64,000 bases of DNA from Mobula hypostoma (taxonomy: Eukaryota): NCBI RefSeq assembly GCF_963921235.1, contig NC_086097.1:172734001-172798000 (forward strand). The letters are read 5' to 3'. The position numbers and the translations under genes are program-made. Every line of letters starts with the position of its first letter. Position 1 is the first letter of the stretch. This document shows positions 1 to 12,139 of the stretch, piece after piece. The notes under the pieces were generated by a model that saw only the letters and a program-made list of their open reading frames with translations, did no database searches and was not told where the DNA came from.

Positions 1-214
1 CAGAGAGAATCTTTTGGATTCCCTACCCAGCAGTTGTGGGAAGCTTCATTGCTGAATCAATTCGGGAGAAATCTATTAAGAGAAACAGGAGATATGGAGT
101 TAGTGCAAGAAAGCCGCACTGAGGTAAAAAGATTATCTTAATGAATGGTAGAATAACTGGGTCAGAGTACCTCCTTTTCTGAACAATGATACCATATTAG
201 CTATCTTCTATATT

Positions 215-646
215 AGAATCAACAAACTCATTCGTAAGGCCAGTGATGTTGTGGGGATGGAACTGGACTCTCTCATAGTGGTGTCTGAAAAGAGGATGCT
301 GTCTAAGTTGCATGCCATCTTGGACAATGTCTCCCATCCACTACATAATGTACTGGGAGGGCACAGGAGTACCTTCAGCCAGAGACTCATTCCACCGAGA
401 TGTAACACAGAGCGTCATAGGAAGTCATTCCTGCCTGTGGCCATCAAACTTTACAACTCCTCCCTTGGAGGATCAGACACCCTGAGGCTATAAACTGGTC
501 CTGGACTTATCTCATAATTTACTGGCATAATTTACATATTACTATTTAACTATTTATGGTTTTATTATTATTTATTATTTATGGTGCAACTGTAATGAAA
601 ACCAATTTCCCCCGGGATCAATAAAGTATGACTATGACTATGACTA
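215..646 (+). mobile_element. Rex1/Babar-type LINE, 5'-truncated 3' end
   Basis: ORF 251-493 (ILDNVSHPLH...RCNTERHRKSFLPVAIKLYN) is a typical Rex1/Babar RT C-terminus. AATAAA is followed by a (TATGAC)n tail. A near-identical copy lies at 24984-25599 on the minus strand. Confidence 0.9.
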
Positions 647-1547
647 GTCCTTTGGCTCCATCACTGTAGCCAAAGCCTGTGCTCCTTCCCTTTCCTGAGT
701 CTTTGTCATTATGTTCTCAGGGATTATGTCTGAGAGCCTATGGGTTGCCCACCTGATTCTATGCGCCTGAAATGCTGGTGCAAGTAAGTTTTCCACTGCA
801 CCTGTGCATACTCGCATTTGCACATACAACAACTCCATCTCAACTTTAACTTTGAATTACAAAGAATGGGGAGGCAATTCTTCTTTCAAAGGATGATAAT
901 TTTTCTATGGAAGAGTTCAAGTGGCAGAACCACCAAATGTTTTCAAGGTAGGAGACTGACGGACATTTCAACTGCAAGGGGGTCAATGAGTGTGGAAAGT
1001 GGCAACTAAGTCAAGACTGAATCAACTATGATCGTATTGAAAGGAGGAATGGGAGCAGTCTTAACCCAACTTCCCTGCTGCTATTGCTTATGTACTTCTC
1101 TGCAACTTTTCCCTCTCCATTCATTATTTCCATCCTTACACATTTTATCTTTCAATAACAATGTCTGCATCATCCCCATTCCCACCAAGCAAGAAACAAT
1201 GTAATCTTTTGGAAAAGTACACATGTTCTGCCTCTTTTCCAAGCCACTCTTCTCTTTTCAACCCTGATTCATTTTACATCTTCTTAAAATATGCCTCAGG
1301 ACTTTCATTGATTTTTTTCAGACAATCAATGTGTTTGCCTTACTGGCCAAGAGGGAGATAAGCCATGGTGATGGGTTATGATACACATTGTCATTAGCAT
1401 AGATCTGTAAGCCAACCAGGGCTAGTTCCATGCCTAGAAATTAGTATTAATTATCATCCTGCTCTTCTGCCCTAGTGGTCCTGAGATTCTGAAGGTTTCC
1501 CAAAGCCTCTGGCAGGATAACTTAATTGAGAAACAATGACAAAAGCA

Positions 1548-2172
1548 TGACCATAACATGAAGGAGCAGAATTAGGCCATTAATTCCAACGAGTCTGCTC
1601 TGCCATTCAACTACTGCTGATATTATTTCAACTCCATCCTCCCATCTTCAGCCTGTTACCCCTTAACCCTCTTATCAATCAAGAAACTATCAACCTCTGC
1701 TTTAACCCCATCTAGCGACTTGACCTGCACAGCCCTCTGAGGCAATGAATTCCACAGAATCATCCACCGTGGACATTCTCTCTTCTCCCCCCTCCCACTG
1801 GGTGGAAGATACAAAATTCTGAAAGCAAGTACCACCAGACACAAGAACAGCTTCAATCCTGTTATAAGAGCACTGGGTGGTTCCCTAGTACAATAGGAAT
1901 GGACTCTTAATCTCACAGTCTACCTCATTATGACATGTACTTATTGTCTACCTACATTCTGTTACTGTTCTAACTTGTGTTACCACAATGTGTGGATATG
2001 ATGAAACAATCTGTGTGAATAGTACGCAAACAAGTTTTTCACTGTACCTCAGTACTTATGACAATAATAAACAATTTACCAATTTACCAATGCACCTTTG
2101 TTCTGTTCTGTGCCCTTAGAACCTAGACTCCTACTATTGGAAACATTCTCTCAACATCCACTCTATCCAAGC
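1548..2172 (-). mobile_element. CR1-type LINE 3' fragment interrupted by a plus-strand Rex1-type 3' fragment (~1760-2092)
   Basis: Minus-strand LWNSLPQRAVQVKSLDGVKAEVDSFL is the CR1 ORF2 end. The inner plus-strand segment has an LPLGGRYK-like Rex C-terminus and an AATAAA/(TTTACCAA) tail. Confidence 0.7.
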
Positions 2173-2189
2173 CCAGAACTAAATTGGCG

Positions 2190-2806
2190 GGAGGAGAAGA
2201 TGGCAACACACCGCGCGTGCGCAGCTCTCTGATGAAAATGATATCGTATCCGTTAAATAGGGGCCGTGGACAATTCTGATTTGATGGAGAATGGTCATGG
2301 AAGCACAGAGGAACATCTGGAGAAATTTCTGAAATGCTCGTCCGCTGCTGTCGTTACTGTGTGGTCAGGAATCTTTCAGAGGGTAGGCCTCAAAATCCCT
2401 GGCCTTGCCTGCTTTTGGCCACTGAGAAGGAGGTCGAATCGTTCGGACAGAGATGGCTCTCAGTACTTGGTGTCGGAGAGCTGATCAGAGCTCGAAGTTT
2501 TTGGCTGACTCAGAGTCGGATTGTGGTCGGCATGGCAGGGAGAGTATTTCTTCCTTCTCCCATCTGCGTGAGATGTGGGACATTTGAGAAACTTTGAACT
2601 TTACTGTGCTCACGGACTTCTTCATCAAGTTATGGTATTGTTACACTGTTTATAACTATATGTTATAATTATGTGATTTTGTTAGTTTTTTCAGTCTTGG
2701 TTTGTCCTGTGTTTTGTGATATCACACCGGAGGAAATAATTTATCATTTCTTAATGCATGCATTACAAAATGACAATAAAAGAGGACTACGTGTCCTCAT
2801 AATCAT
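2190..2806 (+). mobile_element. Non-autonomous LINE-derived (bipartite, SINE-like) element
   Basis: Starts with AAGATGGC in a CpG-rich head, has no coding capacity, and ends in a LINE-like 3' UTR (GACAATAAA). Similar architecture on the minus strand at ~7858-8610 and ~50970-51660. Confidence 0.5.
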
Positions 2807-3621
2807 GTCCATAATTAGCCATAGTTCTCCATCTGTGGCTAAACTAGTCCCCTCCTTATCAGGCTTCCCGCCGGAACGACACTTGTTTTTAATATCTCTC
2901 TTTCAGTAGGACCACCACCACCTCTTGTACTATTCAACCTCTCCTGCCTCCATCCTAAATCAGAATCAGGTTAATTATCACTGACTTACACATCATGAAA
3001 TGTTTTGTTTTGCAGTAGCAATATGGAGCAGTGCATTAAATTTACTATGTTGAAATAAATGGATTCAGAATCTGATTCTGATTTATTTGTCACATTTACA
3101 TTGAAACTGACAGTGAAATGTATCATTTGAGTTAACAACCAACACAGGCTAAGGACGTGTTGGGGGTAGACTTCAAGGTTTGCCACACATATCAATGCCA
3201 ATGTAGCACGCTCACAATGTTTGGCAGCACAACACAGGACATAATACAACAGAATACAACAAGCAACACAACAACAAAAGCAAAATAAGCCCCTTTCCTC
3301 TCTCTGACACTTTCTCCCACATACCCACACACATAAGAAGTCCACCAACTCCAGGAAAGTCCTCCAGCATCCAGTCTCCAGGCTTTGGCCATCAGATTTT
3401 GACTTCTGGGCTTTGGATCGACCTTTAAGCTCCGAATTTTGGTATCGATCCCCTGACGACAGGATCCTAAACTCCAGGTTTGAACTCCTGGTGCACTGAC
3501 TGACCAGCCCTCGTGCCTTGTGCTCACCTGGTTTTCAAGTGTGGAATGGAGGTATGCATTGTTGATGTCTTTCATCACCCATCTAAATTGCTGGCCCTTG
3601 AACCTGGAGCAGAGGCCTGGA

Positions 3622-4328
3622 ATGAATTGAATTGAATTGAATAGACCTTATTTCTTACATCCTTCACATACATGAGGAGTTAAAATCTTTACATTATGTC
3701 TCTGTCTAAATGTGCAATGTGCAATCATAGTAATTTATGATAATTTATAATAAATGGAATAGTCAATGTAACATAGAAATACACTCAAATTCGCCTGACT
3801 TAATCAGTCTGACGGTCTGATGGAAGAAGCTGTCCCGAAGCCTGTTGGTCCTGGTTTTAATGCTGCGGTACTTTTTCCCAGATAGTAGCAGCTGGAATAG
3901 ATTGTGATTGGCGTGACCCAATGTTACACACTCTTTTTACACACCTGTCTTTTGTAAATGTCCTGAACCATGGGAAGTTCACAACTACAGATGTGCTGGG
4001 TTGTCTGCACCACTCTCTGCAGAATCCTGAGATTAAGGGAGGTACAGTTCCCATACCAGGCAGTGATGCAGCCAGTCAGGATGCTCTCAATTGTGCCCCT
4101 GTAGAAAGTTCTTAGGATGTGGGGGCCCGTACCAAACTTCCTCAACCATCCGAGGTGGAAGAGGCACTGTTGTGCCTTTTTCACCACATAGCTGGTGTGT
4201 ACAGACCAGGTGAGGTCCTCGGTGGTGTTGATGCCGAGGAACTCAAAGCTGTTTACCCTCTCAACCCCAGATGCATCGATGTCTATAGGGGTTAGCCCGT
4301 CTCCATTCCTCCTGTAATCCACAACCGG
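3622..4328 (-). mobile_element. Rex1/Babar LINE 3' fragment
   Basis: ORF 3924-4322 (VERVNSFEFLGINTTEDLTWS...RTFYRGTIESILTGCITAWYG) and an (AATTG)n tail at 3622-3642. Confidence 0.88.
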
Positions 4329-4639
4329 CTGTCACCTGTACACATCACAGGCCTTCGAATGCAAAACGCAACGTGGAGGCCTGACCTCTAATTTCTCCAC
4401 ATACCTGTTCCTACACCCTAATCTGCCTCTTAACTTCCTTTCATCACTGACCCTAGATCATAACCTGACATGTAACTCCCTTCTCTGTCCCCAAAAGCTT
4501 CCCTATGAACTTAAAGTACAAATGACAGAGATCACAGCTTGGCACCATATTGAAAAACAAATAAACATGCACTGTTCAGAAATCTAATAGCAAAGACTGC
4601 TCCTAAGACTCAGAGTGTGAGCCTTCAGGCTCCAGTCCC

Positions 4640-5410
4640 TCCACCTTGATGCAGTAATGAGAAGCTGGCATAAGCTGGATGTTGAGGGTCCTTAATGATG
4701 GATGCTGCCTTCCTGGGGCACCAGCTTTTGAAGAAAGCTTGTGTCCGTAATGGATCCTCTTTTGTACCTGCTCATTAGAACCTTCATACAACACAGTGAT
4801 GCAACTAGTCAGCATCTCCATGGTATATCTGTAGAAGTTTGGTGAAGTACCAAACCTTCCCAAACTTGTAATGAAGTATAGCCACTGCCATGTTGTTTTC
4901 ATGATTGCATCAATGTGTTGCATCCAGGATAGATCCCCGGAGATGTTGACACCTAGGAGCTTAAGGCTGCTCACCGGTTCCACCACTGACCCCTTAATGA
5001 GGACTGGTGTGTGTTCTCTTGACTTCCCCTTCCTGAAGTCCACAATCAATTCCTTGATCTTGCTGCTATTGAGTGCAAGGTCATTGTTGCAACACCACTC
5101 AACCCGCCAATCTATTGCACTCCTGTACGTCTGCATGGCACCACCTGATTATTCTGCTATCAACACTGATGTCATCGGCAGATTCATAACAGTATTTGAG
5201 TTGTGCCCAACTACACAGTCATGAATTAGAGTGAGTAGAGCAGAGGTTTAAGCACACATCCTCGAAGTGCACATATGTTGATTGCAAGCGAGGAGGAGAT
5301 GTTAGTACCAATCTGCACTGATTGTGGTCTTCTAATGAGGAATGAGGCAGAGGGAGATACAAAATCCCAGGTTTTGAAGCCTGTTGAAGCTTTTTGATTA
5401 GTATTGTCCA
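4640..5410 (-). mobile_element. Rex1/Babar LINE RT fragment (decayed)
   Basis: RGCVLKPLLYSL, EWCCNNDLALNSSKIKELIVDFRK and KLLGVNISGDLSW motifs in ORFs 5226-5432 and 4603-5136. Confidence 0.85.
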
Positions 5411-5570
5411 CTTGTTCTCTATGCCCCTCCATAATTTTACAAGTTTACAATTCTAAACTTGTTTAACTTCTCAAACACGAGGAATTCTGCAGATGCTGGA
5501 AATTCAAGCAACACCCATCAAAGTTGCTGGTGAATGCAGCAGGCCAGGCAGCATCCCGAGGAAGAGGTAC

Positions 5571-5606
5571 AGTCGACGTTTCGGGCCGAGACCCTTCGTC
5601 AGGACT
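5571..5606 (-). ncRNA. Minimal type I hammerhead ribozyme motif in PLE pseudo-LTR (core intact)
   Basis: Minus strand reads AGUC CUGACGA A GGGU CUCG GCCC GAAA CGUC GACU: stem I AGUC/GACU, stem II, core CUGANGA and GAAA, GUC triplet, and palindromic ACGU in place of stem III. Confidence 0.85.
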
Positions 5607-6615
5607 AACTGAAGGAAGATCTAGTAAGAGATTTGAAGGTGGGAGGGGGGAGGGGGAGATCCAAAATGATAGGAGAAGACAGGAGGGGGAGGGATGGAGC
5701 CAAGAGCTGGACAGTTGATTGGCAGAAGGGATATGAGAGGATCATGGGATAGAAGGCCCAGGGAGAAAGAAAAGGGGGAGGGGGGGAAAACCCAGAGGAT
5801 GGACAAGGGGTATAGTCAGAGGAACAGAGGGAGAAAAAGGAGAGAGAGAGAAAGAATGTGTGTCTATAAATAAATCCCCCCCATCCCTCCCCACCGATCT
5901 CCCTCCTGGCACTTACCCTTCTAAGTGGAACAAGTGCTGCACATGCCCTTACACTTCCTCCCTTACCACCATTCAGGGCCCCAGACAGTCCTTCCAGGTG
6001 AGGCGACACTTCACCTGTGAGTCAGCAGGGGTGACATACTGCGTCCGGTGCTCCCGATGTGGACTTCTATATATTGGCGAGACCCTACGTAGACTGGGAG
6101 ATCGTTTCTATGCTCTGTCCGCCAGAGAAAGCGGGATCTCCCAGTGGCCACACATTTTAATTCCATGTCCCATTCCCATTCTGATATGTCTATTTCTCAG
6201 CCTCCTCTACTGTAAAGATGAAGCCACACGCAGGTTGGAGGAGCAACACCTTATATTCCGTCTAGGTAGCCTTCAACCTGATGGCATGAACATTGACTTC
6301 TCAAACTTCCACTAATGTCCCACCTCCCCCTCGTACCCCATCCGTTATTTATTTATATACACACATTCTTTCTCTCTCTCTTCTTTTTCTCCCTCTGTCC
6401 CTCTCACTATACCCCTTGCCCATCCTCTGGGTTTTCCCCACCTCCCCCTTTTCTTTCTCCCTGGGCCTCCTGTCCCATGATCCTCTCGTATCCCCTTTTG
6501 CCTATCACCTGTCCAGCTCTTGGCTCCATCCCTCCCCCTCCTGTCTTCTCCTATCATTTTGGATCTCCCCCTCCCCCTCCCACTTTCATATCTCTTACTA
6601 GCTCTTCTTTCAGTT

Positions 6616-6651
6616 AGTCCTGATGAAGGGTCTCGGCCCAAAACGTCGACT
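6616..6651 (+). ncRNA. Minimal hammerhead motif in PLE pseudo-LTR, catalytic G12 mutated
   Basis: AGTC CTGATGA AGGGTCTCGGCCC AAAA CGTC GACT; GAAA is changed to AAAA at 6640. Confidence 0.7.
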
Positions 6652-7329
6652 GTACCTCTTCCTCGGGATGCTGCCTGGCCTGCTGCGTTCACCAGCACTT
6701 TGATGTGTGTTGCTTAACTTCTAATTTTTTTCATTTCTGATGAAAGGTCATGAACCTAAAATTCTAACTGTTTCTCTCTCCAGAGATGCTATCTGACCTG
6801 TACAGCATACTCAGATCTCCAACATCAGCAGTGTTTTGGTTTTGGTTTTATTAAGGTTACCCAGCTGCATAGCTTTGGTTTTCCATGACTTCAGATAATA
6901 AAACCAAATTCCTAATTGGCTTGACTTTAGCAGAGCAAATTTTACTCAACCATGTGCCCCTGAGGTTCCTCCTTCATGCAGCACCTCAATATTTTATTCA
7001 TTGTTCTATGCACTGTTCTTCCAAAACTAGATACTTCCGCAAAGTTTTTCCTTTTCATCAGTCTGTTCATGTCCCTAAATCTGTTGCTCTCCTCCTCATT
7101 GTTTGCAATATCATAAATGGACAATGCAATGTTTGCACTCTACATGCCTTTGTTTGCACTATCAAATGCTTAAATTTATCCTTTCTCTACAACTGACAAA
7201 ACGTTATTTAGAAAAATACTGATGTTCAAACATCATTGACATTTGGAAACATGGACTGAATGCAAACTACAGTTTGACAAGAATATGTGAAATGGGAGCA
7301 GAGCAGGCCGTTTGGTCTCTAGAGCCTGC

Positions 7330-7745
7330 TTTATCATATAACATGCTGGAGCGTAGGAGAATGAGAGAAGATTTGACAGGGAACTACAAAATTATGAGTG
7401 ATAAAAATAGAGTAAATGCAGGCAGGCATTTTTCACTACAAATGGGTGGAGACTAGAACTCAAGGTCGTAGTTTAAGGGTGAAAGGTAAATATTTAAGGG
7501 GAACATGAGGGGGAACTTCTTCACTCAGAAGGTTGTGAGAATGTGGAATGAGCTACAAGCACAAGTGGTGGATATAGGTTTGGTTTCAGCATTTAAGTGA
7601 GGTTTGATAAAGTACGTGGATTGGAGGGTTATGGAGAGCTATGATCCAGGTGCAGGTTGATGGGACTAGGCAGAATAATAATTCGAAACGGACTATATGG
7701 GCCAATGGGCCTGTTTCTGCGCTGTAGTGTTCGATGACTCCATGG
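7330..7745 (+). mobile_element. CR1-type LINE 3' fragment
   Basis: LERRRMREDL...GNFFTQKVVRMWNEL and a CR1 3' UTR (GGGCCAATGGGCCTGTTTCTGCGCTGTA). Confidence 0.8.
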
Positions 7746-7857
7746 CCCTATGGCTGATCCTTTCCCTAAACTACATTTTCCCTTTTATTGTTTAGTTTCA
7801 TCAGATTCCAAAGACCCAAGCTTAACATCAAGCATCTGTAGCCTTCTTAGGTAAACG

Positions 7858-8610
7858 TTCAAAGATTTATTTATTATCAAAGCCGAAATTTGTATTCTCT
7901 ACGTAGCCACGAAACAAAGGAGGACCATGAAAGTCATTCAATGAGAAACATCAAACCCACTCTCCCCCCTTACAATAAAGGACAGCATCCCAATCATCAA
8001 TCTCCTAACCGCCCACTCCCTTTACAGAACAAAGTGGTAAAGGAACAGGCGATGGAAAAACACCCAATATAAAAGCCATAAGACTGAAAAGGTTTACGGT
8101 CCACAAACACAATAGTCCAATCTATCAACACAGAACCATGATACCATCCTCAATATCACCGATATTCATCGAAAGAGAGGGATGCCACGTGAGCCAGAGG
8201 CCTACCTGTCTGCCACAGCAAACCACACAGTGAAAGGCCACTCACAGACTCCTTCTCCTGCGGCAGTCAAAAGACAGGCAGCCGGCGCTGATACTCTCAC
8301 TCACCTTCTGCATTCGCCTCAATGTCTCAGTCTTCCTTGATGCTTTAATTGGCAAAATGGAGTCGCTCATTGGGGTGTGTGTCCCATCTCGAAGTTTCTT
8401 CGCATTGCGGCCATCCAAGTATGTGCTCGCTTCACGGAATCTTCTTGAAACCAGTAAAGTGCTGGATCACTCAAATGATTTCCAAACTGTAAATTACAGA
8501 AATATGTTTAAGCTGAAAAACATAAAAGAAAAAAAAGGATATTTTTGTGAGCTATCTGAAAGATATCGACCAAGGAAGCATTGTACGCTGATGCCATCTT
8601 GACCGGAAAG
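7858..8610 (-). mobile_element. Non-autonomous LINE-derived element
   Basis: Minus-strand head CTTTCCGGTCAAGATGGC (GCCATCTT at 8593-8600) and an AATAAATAAATCTTTGAA-type tail at the left end; non-coding. Confidence 0.45.
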
Positions 8611-9360
8611 AAATTAGCAATTGGAAATTGGTTTATTATTGTCACGCGTACAAAGAAACAGTGAAAACCTTCATCTCGCATGCCATCCAGATAGACCATT
8701 CCAACCATAATTATATTGAGGTAGCACAAAAGCGATAACTGAATATGGAACATAGAGCTGCAGTTGCCGTTACAGAGAAAGTGAAAATAAGGTGAAAGGG
8801 CCACAATGAGATGGACTGAGAGATCTAACCACAGAAGAAGTCCATTCAAGTATCCTAGAACAACGAGATAGAAGCTGCCCTTGAGTCTGATGGTGGATGT
8901 GCTAAGGCCTTTATATCATCTGCCCAATGGGAGGGGGGAGAAGAGAGTATGTTTAGGGTTGCAGGAGTCTTTAATTATGTTGATAGCTTTCCCATGACAG
9001 TAATAGATGTAAAAGACAGACATGGTAAATGGTAGGGCATTGACGAATGCAGTAGAACAGAGGGATCTAGGAATAATGATGCATAGTTCCCTGAAGGTGG
9101 AATCTCATGTGGATAGGGTGGTGAAGAAAGCTTTTGGTATGCTGGTCTTTATAAATCAGAGCATTGAGTATAGGAGTTGGGATGTAATGTTGAAATTGTA
9201 CAAGGCATTGGAGAGGCCAAATTTGGAGTATTGTATGCAGTTTTGGTCACCGAATTACAGGAAAGCTGTCAACAAAATAGAGAGAGTACAGAGAAGATTT
9301 ACTAGAATGTTACCTGGGTTTCCCCACCTAAGTTACAGGGAAAGGTTGAACAATTTAGGT

Positions 9361-9957
9361 AAACACGAGGAATTCTGCAAATGCTGGAAATTCAAGCAAC
9401 ATACATCAAAGTTGCTGCTGAACACAGCAGGCCAGGCAGCATCTCTAGGAAGAGGTACAGTTGACGTTTCGGGCCGAGACCCTTCGTCAGGACTAACTGA
9501 AGGAAGAGCTAGTAAGAGATTTGAAAGTGAGAGGGGGAGGGGGAGATCCAAAATGATAGGAGAAGACAGGAGGGGGAGGGATGGAGCCAAGAGCTGGACA
9601 GGTGATTGGCAAAAAGGATATGAGAGGATCATGGGACAGGAGGCCTAGGGAGAAAGAAAAGGAGGAGAGGGGAAAGCCCAGAGGATGGGCAAGGGGTATA
9701 GCGAGAGGGACTTAGGGAGAAAAAGGAGAGAGAGAAAAAGAATGTATGTATATAAATAAATAACGGATGGGATATGAGGGGGAGGTGGGGCATTAGCGGA
9801 AGTTAGAGCAGTCAATGTTCATGCCATCAGGTTGGAGGCTACCCAGACGGAATATAAAGTGTTGTTTCTCCAACCTGAGTGTGGCTTCATCTTTACAGTA
9901 GAGGAGGCTGTGGATAGACATATCAGAATGGGAATGGGATGTGGAATTAAAATGTGT
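9361..9957 (-). mobile_element. PLE 3' end and pseudo-LTR (same family as 5473-6713)
   Basis: Reverse complement of 6148-6713 plus the terminal AAACACGAGGAATTCTGC. Contains a hammerhead motif at 9459-9494. Confidence 0.9.
9459..9494 (-). ncRNA. Minimal hammerhead motif in PLE pseudo-LTR (core intact, stem I mismatch)
   Basis: AGUC CUGACGA AGGGUCUCGGCCC GAAACGUC AACU. Confidence 0.75.
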
Positions 9958-10839
9958 GTCTTTGTTCTTTGTTCAAAATTTGGGTCTTTGTTCTTTGTTC
10001 AAGATTTGGGTCTTTGTTCTTTGGAACATAGAAGGTTGAGGGGGGGCTTGATAGAGGTATTTAAAATTATGAGGGGGATAGACAGAGTTGACGTGGATAG
10101 GCTTTTTCCATTGAGAGTGGGGGAGATTCAAACAAAAGGACATGAGTTGAGAGTTAAAGGGCAAAAGTTTAAGGGTAACATGAGGGGGAACTTCTTTACA
10201 CAGAGAGCGGTAGCTGTGTGGAACGAGCTTCCAGCAGAAGTGGTTGAGGCAGGTTCAATGTTGTCATTTAAAGTTAAATTGGACAGCTATATGGACAGGA
10301 AAGGAATGGAGGGTTATGGGCTGAGTGCAGGTCGGTGGGACTAGGTGAGAGTAAGAGTTCGGTACGGACTACAAGGGCTGAGATGGTGCTGTAATTGTTA
10401 AATGGTTAAATAGTTATAAAAGAATTATTAGAGGTGAGGCTGGTTTGTATGATACCTCTTCCCAAATGTAGCTACTATAAATCATTGACTCATAGAGCCA
10501 CACAACATGGAAACATGCCCATGGCCCAGCATGTCCATGCTGACCAAGATTACCTCTTTTCTTTTTAAAATGTGTTTTTTATGGCTGTGAGACTGTACTG
10601 GACTCCAAGAACAACGCATACAGCGGGTCTACCCCATCAGCGAGCTGCGCGTTATTTGGAGCAGCCGGCCGGGGCGTCGAAGGAGCCAACAGACAAGTCA
10701 GAGAAAGAGAAGCTGGACTCATTTGCCAGCATTTGGTCCATAACCTTCTCAACCATTCCAGTCTTTGTATCTGTCCAACTGTCCTTTAAAATTAGCTATT
10801 ATATCTGCCTCAACCACTTCCTCTGGCAAGGATTTGAAG

Positions 10840-11365
10840 AAAATGAATGGGGATGTCTACATTACAGAAAAGGAAGTATTGGTGGTATTAAAGCACATTA
10901 AAGTGGATAAGTGGCTTAGCATGTTGTGGAACTATATGGAAGAAATTGCAGGGGCCCTGGCAGATGTATTTGCATCTTTTTAACCATGAGTGATGTACCA
11001 TAAACTGCAGGGTGTTAAATGTTGTGCCTTTATTGAAAAAGGTCTTCAATGACAAGATGGAAGTATACACTGGACAGCTTAAAATCAGTAGCGTAAAGTT
11101 GCTGGAGGGGATATTGAGAGACAGGATCAACCAGCATTTGTAAAGTCAAGGATAAATTGGGATTAGTCAGCAAAGTTTTGTGCATGGGAAACCAGCTTTG
11201 ACCTGGTTGTTTGAGGAGGATATGAAGAGGACTGACGAAGGCAGGGCAGTGGGTTCTCCTATGTGGATTTTGGCAAGGCCAAAGCTCAGGTATACAACTT
11301 GGTCAGCATGGACAAATTGTGTGGAATGTCCTGTTTCCATGCTGTATAACTCCATGAATCAATGA
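10840..11365 (+). mobile_element. Degenerate CR1-type LINE RT fragment
   Basis: ITEKEVLVVLKHIKVDK...EEIAGALADVF, then NVVPLLKK- and SQQSFVHGK-like motifs. Confidence 0.7.
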
Positions 11366-12139
11366 CTCCTCATCCCTGGAATCATTTTGCAAATCTCTTC
11401 TGCATCCTTTCTAGGACCTTCATATAACTTCCTGAAGTGTAGTGACCAGAACAAAATACAAAAAAGTAATAATCAGAATAATAACAAAACAAATAATCTC
11501 ATGTCCTCAATTTTCCAGCCAGCAACCCGTCAGCACTCATTTTTGTTAAACTCTTCCAATACCCTCCATAATTCAAGGAGATTAAATTATACAGTAAATG
11601 GTCAGTCGACCAGGCAATGAATGTTAAATCCAGCTTCTTTGCATACAGATTTTATACGCCAGGTTTCATCTTAATTAGGCTGATTGGATATTTGTCTTCA
11701 TAAAGATTTTAAGAAGTCTAAAGGGGTTAATTAAAAAAAAGCAATTTAAGTAGCACATTGTTTCTCTGTTTTATTTAGGATGTGAATTATCAGCACTCTC
11801 AGGTACGCACGAGGGCAGGCAGATGAAGCACAAAACCCAGCATGTCCCAGAAGATGCTGGTTGATATAAAGCAGCGTGTAACTTTTTGCTCATTGTTTTT
11901 GTAATTGTATTTTCTGCAGCAGAGAAAGTTGGAGCCTGCATTCAATCACACAGCTGGCTCTTCAATTGAAGATGACACAAAACCCCCTGTGGAAGATCAC
12001 AAGCCACTTAGCAAAGCTTGCAGTGAAACCTAAAGCAAGCCTAACTAGGTGAGAAAAATTAGAATTTGATGAGTTGAAAATAATGTTGGGAAATGCCGTG
12101 TGTAACCTAGGTAACAGGTGATCTTTCGCCTTGCCTGGA

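Larger units (their letters stand above)
5473..6713 (+). mobile_element. Penelope-like element: GIY-YIG endonuclease C-terminus with 3' pseudo-LTR and an inverted 5' pseudo-LTR copy
   Basis: ORF 5860-6315 (FTCESAGVTYCVRCSRCGLLYIGETLRRLGDRF...EQHLIFRLGSLQPDGMN). Segment 5473-5875 is the reverse complement of ~6345-6713. Flanked by TTAACTTCT at 5463-5471 and 6714-6722 (TSD). Confidence 0.92.
9022..10416 (+). mobile_element. CR1-type LINE 3' part split by a PLE insertion
   Basis: QRDLGI...RPNLEYCMQFWSP...LSYRERLNNLG (9022-9360) resumes as LCSLEHRRLRGGLIEVFK...WNELP (10010-10344), followed by the 3' UTR and tail. Confidence 0.9.

Noticed and set aside
5524..6717. Multiple 60-134 aa ORFs in pLTRs (also 9333-9648, 52907-53299, 59869-60396)
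   Set aside because: They arise from purine/pyrimidine-skewed PLE pseudo-LTR sequence that is poor in stop codons; they are not real proteins.
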